A stretch of 64,000 nucleotides of DNA. It comes from Raillietiella orientalis. Taxonomy: Eukaryota. Both the position numbers and the translations under genes were made by a program. The notes beneath the pieces were generated by a model. It did no database searches. It was given only the letters and a program-made list of their open reading frames with translations, and was not told the DNA's origin. Within the stretch, counting starts at the first letter, position 1. Every line of letters begins with the position of its first letter. Shown piece after piece: positions 1 to 13,223 of the stretch. The DNA lies in the NCBI GenBank assembly GCA_036172245.1, contig JAYWIR010000010.1, positions 4,898,001 through 4,962,000 on the forward strand, written 5' to 3'.

Positions 1-360
1 TGGCGAGGCGGCTCCATGGCCCTGGACCAGGTGCTCAGGTGTGGGAAAGGGGTTGGGGAGTTGTGTAGCTCCAGGCGCCGGCGCCGAACTGGAAGAAGTG
101 CAGCCGACCTCCCGGCCCACGGCGCGAAAGTCGCCTCCAGGAGCCTCGAGCGCCGACCACGCCATCTCAAGGGGCCACGCGTGGCGGCAGAAGCAGAGGA
201 GATGCACCGCCGTGCGCACCCCAAGGAAGGCAATCCCCGCACCATCGTTTCGCTGACGCGGCTTCCCCAGGAGGAAACGCAGCCTCACTCACTCGTTACC
301 CGAGACCCCTCGTGGGCACCGCGTAGGTGGTCACCAGCAAGTGACTCACGGAAACCAGTC

Positions 361-505
361 CCCTTTTTCTCCTACTACTTTCCCCCTCTTCCTCTCTATT
401 CTCCCTCCCTCCTCTGCTTAATTCTTCCTTCCTTTCCTCCTCCTCCGCCTTCCTTTCCTTCTCCCTTCCTTCTTCCTTTCTCCTCTTCCTTGTGCCTTTA
501 TTTCC
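361..505. repeat. Pyrimidine-rich (CT/CCT) low-complexity tract
   Basis: Almost pure C/T sequence on + strand (ccttcctttcctcctcctcc...). Confidence 0.85.
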
Positions 506-559
506 TCGCGCGGTCAACTGAGGGAGGCCGGTCACCGCCCAGGGACGGCGAGGGCGCTC

Positions 560-2200
560 CCTGCAGACGCGTTTTGTGGGTCAAGTAGGGAGCACAGGAG
601 GAAAGGGCAGGGGACTTCTCCAACATCAGCCCTTTCCCAGCCCCAAGTGGGAGCGCACGACTCGCGCCCAACGCCGGTCCGGGCGCTCGCTCGACCGCGG
701 GGCGGTGCTACCTCCCAGCGTTCGACGGATCGTCACCACACGCGGAAGGCGTGCGTCCTCCTATTCCCCCACAAGACACAGCATCCGCTCGCACGTGAGG
801 TCCCTTCCGGGAGCGTGACTCCCTCGCAGGCTTCCGCCACACGCAAGGGTCCGCGTCCGCCGCTGCCGACCGTCTGCCCCTCCTCCTCCCTCCTCCTTAG
901 GATGCTCGCTGAGCACCCCCGCTTACGCTAAGAGTCCCCCCTCTTCGGCAAACTGCTTTGCCGCAGCTTCTGAATCTACGGCACGGGGTCCAGGCCCCCG
1001 GTTTGCTCTCGGGAAGGAAAATCAGACCACAGGGGTGGGTCACTCAGCGACGATCAGCTTCTCCCCTCCCTCCTCCCTTCCTTTCAGGAGACGGGTCGCA
1101 GCAGAACCGCGACGAAATCTGGGTGGACCAGCACCCCAAGGAAGATACGGCGCATGCGGCGGCCGACCCTCCTCAACCAAGCGGGGGTCAGATAGAAGGA
1201 CCTGCCGGGGAGCGCTTGCGCGCGCCTCCAGGGTAGAAATTCTCGGTATCCGGGGCAACGGAAAGAACTCGTTCCTCCACACCCGTGACGGATAGGAAGG
1301 GCCCGCTCGAATGGGCTTCCCGGGTCCCGATCCGGGCATCTGAAACAATGCAGAGGTCCAGACAGAGCTTCTTTTCTGGTGGTCGTCTCTGACACCCCTT
1401 TTCCTAGGTCCGCCCACGCAGGGGGCCGTAGCGGTTGGGGTTGGGGTGGAGCAAGGTATGATGAGGTGAGTTAGAATTCCCGAACCCTCCCTTTCTCTCC
1501 CGAGGTACGTGCCGCTGGTCAGCCTGCCGAGCGCAGGCGCGAAGACAGCCTGCCAGCAGAGCGAGGGTGCAGGCGCAAGTGGACCATAATAGTGGCAGTA
1601 GCCGCTCCTTTCACAAAGGGTGGAGCTAGGGGGATTCCAGAGCAGTAACCAAGGCGATGGTCGGTAGAGAGCGTCGGAATGAGGGCGCAGAGGGGAGTCT
1701 CTCACCCGCCCTCGTTCGGAACACATGAGCCGTGCCGAGGCAAGCACTGCCAGAGCGACCCCTCGGGTCGACCCACAGCTGTGCATAAACCCCTGGGACC
1801 GGTTCGGCCGCTCCCAGTGTTCCTTGGAGATCTACGAGCTAGCTCCCGTGGAAGCGTGCCGAAACAGGGGTCAAGGCGACTTGCACTCTGCGGTGGTGCT
1901 TCGGACGCATTCGTTACGACCAACGGACGGCCCACCCTTGCAGGAACTGCCGTCTGACCGCAGGAGAATAAGATGCTGCGGAGTGACCTCAAGGGACGGA
2001 CTACCTCCGTTCCTCGACTAGAGCGGGCAGGGGTCTCTCCTGTCCTGGAGACGGATGAACCCACGGCGAGAAAGCAATCCTTCCCCCTACTGGACCACCA
2101 AAGAAAGAAAAAAGAGCCCTCGTGGGGTTGTGATCAGGTGGTCTCCAAGCGCCCGCGGGATGCTGCGGGGAAAGCATCCCAGGAAAAAAATGGGCGTTCC
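560..2200 (+). mobile_element. Highly degenerate non-LTR retrotransposon (L1/Tx1-like) ORF2 remnant
   Basis: Frameshifted pieces in RT order: 841-928 RKGPRPPLPTVCPSSSLLLRMLAEHPRLR (like RQG-PLSP-L...EPLLRML), about 1232-1260 VEILGI (K-LGI), about 1395-1450 PLFLGPPTQGAVAVG (LP..GGLG-like), about 1974-2050 CCGVT...FLD (C-terminal zinc-knuckle-like). No intact ORF; boundaries approximate. Confidence 0.45.
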
Positions 2201-2252
2201 TAGACCGGTGGTTTTAATCGTTCGCATCGCGGACGGGAAGCGCGGCCCTTCT

Positions 2253-2463
2253 TCATCTCCCTTGGCGGAAGACGAAGATGGCGAGGAGGGACAGCATCAT
2301 GAGGCAGAGACCACTCGATGCTCCTCCCGCTGCCCGCGTGGCACCGCCGCACCACGCTCCCAGGAACACGGCGCTCAGGTTGCGGAAAACCTCCGTGCCA
2401 GAAGAGTCGCAGTCTTGGCCGTCCACCTGACTGATGATGCAGTCCTGCTGCTGGATCAACGAC
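2253..2463 (-). CDS. Putative terminal exon of a Cys-rich secreted/GPI-anchored protein (upstream exons apparently decayed or not located)
   Basis: Acceptor gttgcag|G at 2464/2463, then open frame SLIQQQDCIISQVDGQDCDSSGTEVFRNLSAVFLGAWCGGATRAAGGASSGLCLMMLSLLAIFVFRQGR*: Cys spacing plus small-residue linker plus hydrophobic C-tail typical of GPI signals. Confidence 0.35.
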
Positions 2464-5400
2464 CTGCAACATGAAAAAGGATCATGGAAGCGGAGAATCC
2501 CCCGAAAACTGCAGGCCAACGGAACGGAAAATCCCATTTCGCTGGGCAACTGCAACAGAAGAGGCCGAGCACCATGACAAAAAAAAAAAGAGAGAGAGAC
2601 GCTGCAGAGGGTCACAACAGCCACATATCTCAGGGCTCGACAGCTTCTTTTACATGCATTTGGAACTCTGAGACAAATGTAAACAGGAAACTGACTTTGC
2701 GGACGATCTTCACAATGAAGGACCCAAAGGGCAAAGAGTACCTCCATGTGGAAATAAATTTTGATGTCCTTTCCCTGCATGCTTGATCCGCATGCATCAG
2801 TAATATGTTAATGCTTACAGGATTCATTATGCACCACTACGTGCTGTTAATATTCCTGTGCGGTGGGTGCATCGCACATCACGACGTGCTGGCCCCTACG
2901 CGGTGCATCTTCTACCACTACGTGATGTTAATACCCCTACGTGCTGTCGGTAGGGGTATCAACATCCATGAAGGGTAATGATATACCGCTGATGCTCACT
3001 TGGAGTATTACACATCTCACGCTTCAGCTTTATTTTATCAATATTCTTGTGCTGTATTGTACCTGCTGGTCAACTCGGTCTGCAATTTGGAAACTGCACC
3101 TCCGCTTCTATTTATTTCACTCTTCTCTGTTATCTATCTAAACATTAACTATGCGTGTGTTTCAAACGCTGCAAGCACCCACTGAATTCTTGGAAATCCT
3201 GTAAACTTCGGCAGCGTTTCCAGTGGATATTCCAGAAAAAATATTAGGACACGACCTAAAGGATGTTTCGAGAAGATGAGCGTAAAATTGCAGAGACCAA
3301 TCGGCGAGGAATTAACGGAGGGCGCATTACAGAATATGGGAACCTGACCATGATTTATTGAGGAACCCTTTGAAGTCTTTGCAGACGAATTAGCTTTCCT
3401 CATCAGCGCATAGCCCATGCTGTGCCTACCTCTATCCTTTGATCTATCCTTAAATCTGAAACTTTTTAAGCCTAGTAAGGCAGAGAACGGATGGAGTCTT
3501 TTCCTGAAAAGAGCACGCAGGTTCCGCTAAACATATTTTAGATAAGACGTCGACTCCTTTGCGGGGTGTTCGAACTGGCAAGGCGCCATTCGTTAATTAG
3601 AGCTGGTACAAAAGCTAATCTGTTTCTGTACATATCCCAATGCAGGGTATTAGAAACAGAAGAGTTGATAGAAGATGGTCTTACGAACAAATGCATGCCC
3701 AGATGGCTGCGGCGTGATCTAAATTCGAGTTTCTGTACTGAAGGTACAAAATAAAAAACATCAGCATGCAACAACACGGATTACTAGGTGAGCACGTTAA
3801 TGGAATGGTTAAATTAACCCTTAGTACGAAAGCTGCAACGGACCTGTAAAAAAAAACTCGATGGTCAAAAGATTTCGTGGCAAGAAAGCGATCTCTGGGT
3901 TTCCGAAGATTGCGGAAAACAAAACCCGTGCTCCAAGAGCAACCCCTCCCACTGACGCGACAGTCCACGTGCGCAGTACCATCTGTGGCATGAAGTCCAT
4001 CAGCGATCGAAATGTCTGCACAACGGCGGAAACTGCCATCTGAGGTGGAGTCAAGTTCGAAGGACACACGGACGCAAATGTGGACCTCACCGACTTTGGA
4101 TGCTAAGAACCCAGATCGAGGCAAAACGTGAGAAGAAAGCCGGTGGATGAAGTTTGCGGGAGGGGGGGGGGGAGATGAAGGAATCTTTTATTCATGGAGC
4201 AAGGGTGAAAGTGCACCGAAGAAGCGAAACGCAGCTCGGAACGCGAACCATGGATGACTATCAAGCTGGAAAAGTTCAATCAAAGGGAAGCTCATTTGAA
4301 TTAAGAGCCCGAAAATGATCATTAATCACCCTATAGCGAATTAGCATCGAAACGTAGTTTAGTCACATCCTCATGCGGATCTTCTGAGTCCACGTAATGT
4401 GAGAAAGCGGCAAGCAGTCATGGGCAGCAGCTTCACGGGAAGCCCGATTTCGATTCGGATGAGCCGGACTAAAAAAGGGACCACTGGAAGACGCAGGAAC
4501 GGAAGCAGCGAGACGCCGAGACACTGCGAGTGCACGGTGCAAGAATGAGCTCCAATCACTTCAGCGCTTTTCGACGGTGCTTTCCTCCTTCAGTTCCAGG
4601 CAGTTGCAAGACCCACAAAATCTGGAAAATCAATTTCTACCACACTACATCATGAGGGTGCCAACCGACGACGCAGGAAGATCTGCGTGTCCCGTGGAAA
4701 TGAATGTTCGGAAGACAAGACGACAATATTCCACCCATACGTTTCACGCTGAATGGACGTCATGCAGCTTCCTTTCCCGAACAGCCAATCCGGTCCATTA
4801 CCGTTCTTATTAGAGATCCTCTTATTTTCACTCAGATCGCTTGGAGAAAAAAAGCAGCTGCTAGAGCAGATTCCTCCTGTCTGGAACCTAAACCTATCGC
4901 TTCCAGGAATCTACGACTTTCCCGAAGAACGCTCAGCCTTCGAGAAGGGGCGGAAGTGGCTTTTCGTTGCCATTCGAGTGCGCACCTTCCATCCACGGAT
5001 GCCTGCCCCACGGAGGCACGAAACATCCACGCGAATTCCCGAAATTCCTTAAAAATCCACATGATGGGAATCGTGAATGGAAAGTGCTCACTGCGAAAAC
5101 AAAGACGAAAGAAAAAAAATGGGCACTGTTCTGCTTTTGCTGTTGTTGATATACCTTCCCACGATGAGGTGGGTTGTTATCTTTAGCGAGGTCTGTTTCA
5201 GTGATGAAAAACACGCTTGTGTCCAAAGGCCGCGGAAAACGCACACTGCCACCCTGGGCATGTTCGAGAGAGTTTCCGCGGAAAAAAAAAGGCGGTGCAG
5301 CAACTTTTCCCACGCTGATTTTCAAAGGATGCGCGAGCCTGGGGTTTGCTTTCGCCTCCGCGAACGGACAAAACACGTCAGCAACGTTTATTTTGACAAA

Positions 5401-7607
5401 GGAGCTTTTGCATTTTTTTTTTTTTACGCTGTACAGTGCACAGTTTTCGACACTTTTAAAGTCGAGAAACTCAAGATCAATCACCAACGAGCTTGTTCGG
5501 CAAGCACACTGCATCGCCAAACACGCGATCTACTCGGCAGGGTCACACACACTTTGGGAGTGGTCCGGTGGAGGTTACCGCAGTTTGGAGATGGCTCCAC
5601 ATTTTGTTGCAACTTATCCTAACGGTCGTTGCATGACACGCAAACAGCTTGGAAGATGACCGTCGGATTGATGCAAATTCGGTGACGATTACAGATCACG
5701 TGAACCAGGCAACTCGACGAGGATGGCCAGTTTCCAAGTCAAGCTCCATGATGCGCAATGACGGACCGTAGGAAAACACAGAGGCTGCAAACCCTGAACG
5801 ACGAAAGAACTGGGAACCTGACTTTGTTTTCGAGGTTCCATCAGCGATGAGAGGGAAAGTTCTCCGAAATTCCAGAATCCGTCTCCGGTTCCCACTCCCA
5901 CGTGCATCTCCAAGGATACGCGCTGCTCACGCACGGAGAGTTTTCTTTCTTACCACGAGTTCAAACCACGAGATCCTGTTACTCACTCGTCCTGCGCACG
6001 TTCGTTCACAACTCGTTTTACCATGCCACTACGAACATCCATCCAGCTTGCTAAAAATACTGAGAATGTTACAAGCGTTTCTAGAAGAGATCTTCCCACT
6101 CTTGGAGGAAGATTCTTCTCAGTGATTCGGAAAAGTCCTGACCGGGTTCCGCCTCGTAATTAGGCGATGGCTGATGAAGGCGAATGCCTTTCTCTGAAAT
6201 CGGCATGCGTTTTTGCATAATCAACGGTATCGAATAACTCAAAGCTACTTGATACTCCACTTGGCAGTGTTACTGTAAAAGACGGCGCTTTGAACGGCTA
6301 TGAACTCCAAACCGTGGAGCAGTTTGATGGAAAGATGAAGGCACTCTTTCGCCGTGCCACCTCACGCTCCCGTTCATGAGTCGAAGATGATGAGGCGATG
6401 TCAGTCGATCCCTTGCTCATCTATTAATTTGTCAAGCAAGATCCATGAGATGAATGAAGAGTCAAGTGCCCTCCTATATTATCTTTAGATCCTCTACTAA
6501 GTTTTCTTATTGCACAACGACTCATTTTATACTTCCATTATGGAATTTCGAACGCCTCCAGTTTTATTTGCACCTTTCAAACGTCTTCTCCTTAGAGAGA
6601 TGCGGTAAGCACTTAAAAGGCAAAAGGGACATTGCAGACAATGAAAACACAATGGGAACATACAAATGAACGTACGCGTACGACAGATCCCCTTATAACG
6701 CGGGGAATACGTTCCTCATTGTGCGAGCACTGTGGGTTGTATTTGGATACTACAACAGTGTTTACTTAGAAAAAAAGGAGAAAAAGAAGAAAAATCTGAC
6801 TCCAAAGAAAGAAGAAAAGCTTTCGGAGTTTTCTCGATCTGAGACGGTTCTCTGGTTTCAGCTTCGTCATCCTCGTTGCTGAACAAACGCATCTTCTTTC
6901 ACCGTTTTGTTCGGGAAAATTCGAATGAAGCAGCATTCATCCCACTGAAATCACGTATTGGCGTTCGTTTTAAAAACAGCTGAACGAACACTACGCCACA
7001 AAACTGACATTTGTACGGGGCTGATTTACCACGTCATACGTTGCTCGCCACGCCCGCCATCTTTTCGTCGCGTTATACGAACCCGCGTTATACGGGACTG
7101 TTTGCAACATTCGACTCTGGAAAGCATTCCTCAGCTGTCGTGCGTTTCCTATCTGCTTTTGCGATTATCGGCCTTGCAAGTGAGGACAAGTACTTGCCTA
7201 CCTCGAAGAGTGCAGTACACAAAACACAATGTGTGGATTCAAAAGGTACACAGATGTAAGAAACTGTGTGGAATCTTTGCCAAAAGCTGGCTTTGGCTTT
7301 GTAAAATGATCGCAAAACTCTTGTGAATAGGGGGAAGCCCCTGTCTCCGTGATTTCCTTTAACTCGACTGAATCTGCACCTAGCCAGGTATGGATGACAG
7401 CTCATAATAGTTTTAATGAAGTGAATTATTAATGTTTTGGAAAATGGAAAACTCTCATTCACCAGCATCCACCCAATTTCTCATTTCGCACATCTTCAAA
7501 TCCAGCACGACACTGCCGACAGGCATCTATCTCTACAACTTCTGATATTTTTCAGTAACCCAGCCCACTTTACCAGTTTGAAGTCTAGGGAGTAGTGGTT
7601 ATGGAAA

Positions 7608-10600
7608 ACGAATTGATTTACAGATTGCTTCCTCGTTGCAATCAGCGATTCTTAAAGCTCCATTCGTCCAGCCGAAATCTGGACAACGTTTTCTCGGTCG
7701 TGGATGGACGGACCGCGGCCATTAATAGCACGAAATAAAAACCCAAGTTGCCACACATTAGAGTTGCAATCATACCGAGCCTTCTTTATGGTAATTTGAA
7801 ACGCCCCAGGAATACCAAGCGTCTCCCAATATGTTTATGACTATTGATGTTTCACAAAAAAGAATTCCAAATTTCAAGGAACATAGAAGGAACAGAGAAG
7901 AAGGGGGGAGGGGAACAAGACCGAATCCCTGAAAGCAAGAATTGCTGACACAACACGAAAAACCGATTCAAACTGCTTTTCAGAAAACTGGAAAGATTGC
8001 ATTCGGAAATAACAGGCTGGTCCGAAGTTCATTAACCAAAGCTGCACAGAAAGTGTGCGTGAAAAGGTTGGCAACGAACTCGGCCCGTTGATGATAAGTT
8101 TCATTACATCCGAAAAGCACGGGAGAGAGGGATAATAAAACCCATTTTGATAACATCTGGATACTTCCCCCTGGAAAACTTTGGCTCGTACCTGCAAGCT
8201 TCCGTTCCCACTTCCATGCGCAAAATTTGTTGCCAAATATTGAGAGGAAAACCAGGCTCGGTGCATTTTTCTTGTCTTTTCTTGTCGAAGCACTCGAAGG
8301 AGAGCAGCAGCACTGAAACAGATGGGCACGTTCGAAATCTGCTCTAAGATGAGCTGAAAATGAAACAGAAAATCGACGAAAGGACGACCATTAAATCACA
8401 ATTACCAACCGCGCTGTCCTTGAACGACCTTCTTACAAGAACTGCATGATTAAACGCCATCTTCAGAAAACAGCTAAAAGTAGTAGCCTCAGTGTCGTTA
8501 ATTTTCGTTTATGGCACAAAAAGTGAACGTAAAGTCCAACACACATATGTGGTGGAAAAATATGTGCCGTGTGCGTGCTCTCTACGCCTTTCTAAACATT
8601 TTCACCCTTAGAAATGGGAATTTAGCTGAGAGCCGCCATGGAGGGATCTCGGGACACACTCAGATAGCGGTACAACTACTATCTGAGGGAAATAAATCGA
8701 AATTGACCCTGCTTGGTAAGCAAGAAATGCAGTTTCTGGAAAGCGCTTATTTATTTATCCTTCTGCTAATAAATAGAGGAGTCAAGGATCTTAAAAGGGA
8801 GAGAATGCGGGTCGAATTGAGGGATCTGGCTTTGGGGCCGGCAAAAGTCACGCGAAACAGTAGCCGCAATGTACTGAACACATTTCGCCTCTGGCATCGT
8901 GTATCCCGCGCACAGCTTTGGATTCTGGTGGTCTCCTCTCCATTCGCAGACCAAGTAGGGTTACCTTATTTATTCAGCTTGATTATATTTTATTCATTTG
9001 GTTTATTTAATGCTTGGTTGCGATTACATTTTATTTAGTCAGTGTGTTTCTCGTTCTTTGTAGCGAGAAGAGATGAAAAAGGTATCTCAGAACTTGAATG
9101 TTTACTGATTACTGTTAACATTCCATCATTCGTTTCACGACACTATCACTCCTGATAATATCCATAAGTCATGGAATCGTGATATCAATTCTCGTTTTAC
9201 CGGTACATTTATTCAAGCAAAAATGCCTATGAATTCCCTGGATGATTCCAGGAAATCCCACAGAAGTGATATGGCACCAACTCTGCCTCATTTCCCCCCC
9301 CCCTTTAAAGTCATAAATTAAATACTTAAATATCCGTGTTCAGGTTATTGAAATAAGAGATTAAAATAAAAAGATAGAGACTATCGGATTTATTTACAAA
9401 CAGATAAGAATCAGAAACAAAGGGAATATAAGGCAAGTTTTTCTCCTTATCTTCCCTCGGGAAAATATGACTTTTAAGACAGTCAGTGTACCGGTTTTAC
9501 ATTAAAAGGCAGCCAACATTTCATTACCCAAAAAGTATTTTCTCACATCACTGCAAAGATACTGGACGCTTTTGTTTAGACTGTGCACAAGATGACGAAA
9601 AATGAAAAAATCTTCATAATAGTAGCAGTCCTGTAACAGCTCTTCATAGCACCACACAATCTCTTTCAGCTTGCTAAAATAAAATAAGAGCATTTTTCTT
9701 TTACAAACTTACATCGTCTTTTTTTTTTTTCATAAGTAAACAAAAGTTGCAAAAATTAATTCCAGACGGATATTTCGATTCCCGACAAAGTATTAGAATA
9801 CAATCTTAAAGTCGCCATAGCTGCCCCGATAGTCATCAGCAGGAATATTTGGGACCCAGAGTTCACCGAAGAACTGCGGAGCAGTCGGTGGACTGCATGA
9901 AAGTCACACTGGACAGACACAACGTCCTTCTGTTCTTTTTGCAGACACTTCCGCAAAGGAGCGAAAGGACGTTGCTGGCTGCAAATATCTGGTCTCTGAT
10001 TCATGATACATTTTCACTTCCTCGGCGGCCAGCGCCGGTCGAGAAAGAACTGTTCCGTTTTACATGCACGATTCAAGGAAAAGTCCCTTGGCGTTCCCTA
10101 ATCCTCAAAGAAACTCTAGAATATTAAGGAACATCAAAATTGAGAATCTCAGGAAAACATCATTCGTACGATGAACTTTTTCAAGCTATGAAAAAGGGAA
10201 AATAATTGAATAAAATTTGTTTCTGGCATCCCAAGAATTGCAAAAGAATCCCTGCCGGAATAAGAAGAGTTGTGGAGCAGCAAAAACCAAAAATGCCTAC
10301 CCATCTTTCAAATGATGGCTGCAACATTTTTTTCCCGCAGATGGAATATACTTGAGGAAACTATTCGAACGCGATTCCTATGATGCAAATCCTTTATGTG
10401 GTGTTTATGCAATGCTACTGGCTTGAAAAAATTGACGAGCATCGAAGATTAAAAACGAATACCTGATTTGAAATTCTAATGTAGAAGACTAGAAGGCGCT
10501 TTTTTTTTTCGGGAAAAAAAAAAAAAGGTTTCCTGACAAGTGCGAACGAAAATGCAGCGGCTAATTGAACATCTAAGCGCTGCATAACACAGCCGTACCA

Positions 10601-11547
10601 GACATAAAAACATGACTTTGATTTTAAAAAAAAACAGGAATCACAGCGTAAGATGTTTTCCTTTAAGACACATTCGGTAAAAAAAAAAAAAAAAAACGTT
10701 GGAATCCAACGACTTTGCAAGGTGCTCTCCTGTTTTGCTTTGTCCACACTCGTTCGAAACAACCAGTTGTAAAGTGAGGCCTCCAAATGAGCCACCACAG
10801 TGACCTGAATTCATATTTTCTCCACTTTTCATCTTCAGCTTGTCCATCATCTGGAGGTGGATGTGTTTGTGCATACCCACTCAACACTCACATGTGCAGC
10901 AATTTGCGGGTAATGTACATGGGTTAAAAGAAAACGTGATACAAAGATGGCAAGCAAGAGCCCTCTGATGAAACGTGGCACTAAAATCGGGAAAATCCCT
11001 GGGGATAAACAAACTGCCAGGAACGAATCATGGAGTACTTGGAAAATCTGTCAATATTTCCAAGAAGAAAACCGCGAAGCACATCGCTATATATATATGT
11101 TCAGAATGGGTCTTTATACATGTACAGTCATTCTACAAAATCTCTACAACCGTCTCCATTCAAGGTTATCCCAAATAACGTTCTCTTCCAGCTGATTCCA
11201 GTCGACACTCAAAACGATTTATTGATTTTCTAGACGGCAAAAGACATACGGAATGAGCGACCTTAAACCGGTCCGCCTCGAGTTCGACCTCGCGCCGTGA
11301 CGTCAGCGTGCGCGACCGGCATGGCGGCAGCGATGCAATCCGATAACTCAAGACGGGCAGCTTAAAACCGGCCCGTCGCATGTGCGATTGCGGAGAAACG
11401 CAGGCTGGTTTCAAGTGGCTCCTTCCGCCTAAGCACATTCCGGGAATTCGCATAAAGTCGTGAAATCAGTAACAAATAAAGATAACCCGAAAGCCATGCG
11501 GCGGCGATGGCAATGACGAAGAAGAAGCGGTTCTGGAGCGATCTCAT
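7608..11547 (-). pseudogene. Degenerate polypeptide N-acetylgalactosaminyltransferase (GALNT/pgant)-like pseudogene
   Basis: Collinear fragments: type II anchor MRSLQNRFFFVIAIAAAWLSGYLYLLLI (from 11547); DEKWRKYEF / LVVSNECG (about 10740-10850, like Y.FN..VS); ERQG, FFLD and APLRKCLQKEQKDVVSVQCD (about 9900-10100, like EPLL.RI....VVSP.ID); RQEKTRKMHRAWFSSQYLATNF (about 8222-8290, like R.LR.KL.CK.F.WYL.NV); ricin-like RCPDFGWTNGALRIADCNEE / NQFVF (7608-7695). Many frameshifts and stops. Confidence 0.45.
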
Positions 11548-12435
11548 GCAAAGATGCGTTTTCTTGAGACGCGTCACCCACGAAACTGGCGAAGACCGTC
11601 GTGACGGTTATATGCACTAATGACGGGCTGATGGCTGTCGAGGAAGTTGGCGCTCCTCCTCGACGTCGACGGCAGAAAAATCAGGGGGCGATTAACAGCA
11701 AGAAAACCGAAACAGAGGTAAACTCCTCCTTTGCTTTGAATTCTCGGAAGCACACCCGAAAGGAAGGAAGAGCGAAGAGAAGAGCACCGGGAAGGAAGAG
11801 CACGAGGGGTGGCTGCAGCATAAGCCTAATATAAAAAAGCGACTTACTTTTAACCGCAATTGAATGTAGCAAAGACCGCAACTGACAAGAATATAGCCGG
11901 TCAGAAAATGAGAGATCGAAAAAGAGAGCCTCCAAAAATAATGCCGCTGAGGAAGTAGTAAAAGTCTTTCCACTTCTGATCGAGGCTCCGGGAATGCAGA
12001 AAAGGTGTTCCCTCCGTGGAAGAGTTCTCTTTTGAAACGATCTTCCCGAATGTCTGATGGTGAAAAACGCGACGCAAAACCACATCGATACCCCACTGAT
12101 GATTTCTCGTTCTTGTACCGAAACGGTTAGTGGACAGTTTCCTGTGGAGATGCAGCACAGGTTGCAGATTTTCATCAATAACGGAAACTACGGAACAAAA
12201 AATGAACCGTGAGAAACTGGTGCAAAACAAAATGGACGGTATGGGCACCTGCACCTGGCTGCATGCATGAAAACACTCCATTTCCAAGTATTGCGCCTCA
12301 TTTGGGACAAAATAAATAACAAACAGAAATCGACTCGTTAACAACAGCAACAACAACAACAAAAAACAGGTGTGTGGTACATCCAGTGTTCCGTATCATT
12401 CTGTATCCAAGATTCCTGTTACAGCTGCAGGAATA

Positions 12436-13223
12436 CGAGGCGCATCTCAAAAGCAACGGCCGATCGGATACAAAGAAAGCACAAATAGGAGAAACAAATT
12501 TTTGTTTTTCCTATGTATTGGTGGTTCTAAGCACATGCATCCCCAGTGTCAGTTTTCTCTGTAGCCTCCTCTTTTTTCCAAACACTTTTGACACCGTGGA
12601 AGAACCGTCTGCATGAAATTCCGTCGCCTGGGAGTCCATCCAGTTCAGCAACACTGCGGTTTTCGACCCCTTGCCTTCCCCCCTCGAATCGTTGAGCCAC
12701 TCCTGGAGGTTTAGGAAGGAAGAAGACGTGGTAGTCACTGGGCAGGACTGTAAGGTGGGTGATCCGAAAGTTCCCATTTGAATTTCCAAACTGTCTGGAA
12801 TATGCGGACACGGAGATGTGTGGAACCAAAAGGGTGTGCTTCTTTTGGTGCACCTTATGGAGCCTGGAACAACCATCTACTGTGCTCAAGTCTACTGTGT
12901 AGAAACACTTTCGAAAGTGCAGCATGCCATTCAGAACCGACGACGTGGAATGCTGAGATCAGGAAGTGTTCTCCTTCACCACAACGCGCACCTTGGCAAC
13001 ACATGCTGTCCGCCCACATCCAGACAATTCGGAAATTCAAATGGGGACTTTTGAATAGAAAGGCTAAGGCTACGTAGAGGCTACGTAGAAAACTGAAAAA
13101 AGTAGAGGCTGCGTAGAAAACTGACACTGGGATGCATGTGCTTAGAACCACCAATACATTTTGGTTTCTCCTATTTGTTCTTTCTTTGTATCCGATCGGC
13201 TCTTGCTTTTGAAAGGAGCCTCG
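12436..13223. mobile_element. Non-autonomous mariner derivative (about 790 bp) with long terminal inverted repeats
   Basis: TA at 12434-35 and 13224-25; arms (about 12436-12570 and 13103-13223) are near reverse complements beginning CGAGG; interior codes mariner transposase pieces: + strand WNQKGVLLLVHLMEPGTT...HAIQNRRRGML...VLLHHNA (12818-12990), - strand HPPYSP...DYH...KTAV..WMDSQATEF (12600-12790). Confidence 0.85.

Noticed and set aside
16..588. 190-aa ORF and other long overlapping ORFs in GC-rich stretches
   Set aside because: Low-complexity or chance frames in GC-rich decayed repeats; no coherent domain.
740..818. HSIRS resembling a tyrosine-recombinase H..R motif (DIRS-like)
   Set aside because: Isolated match; neighbouring frames fit a Tx1/L1 reverse transcriptase better.
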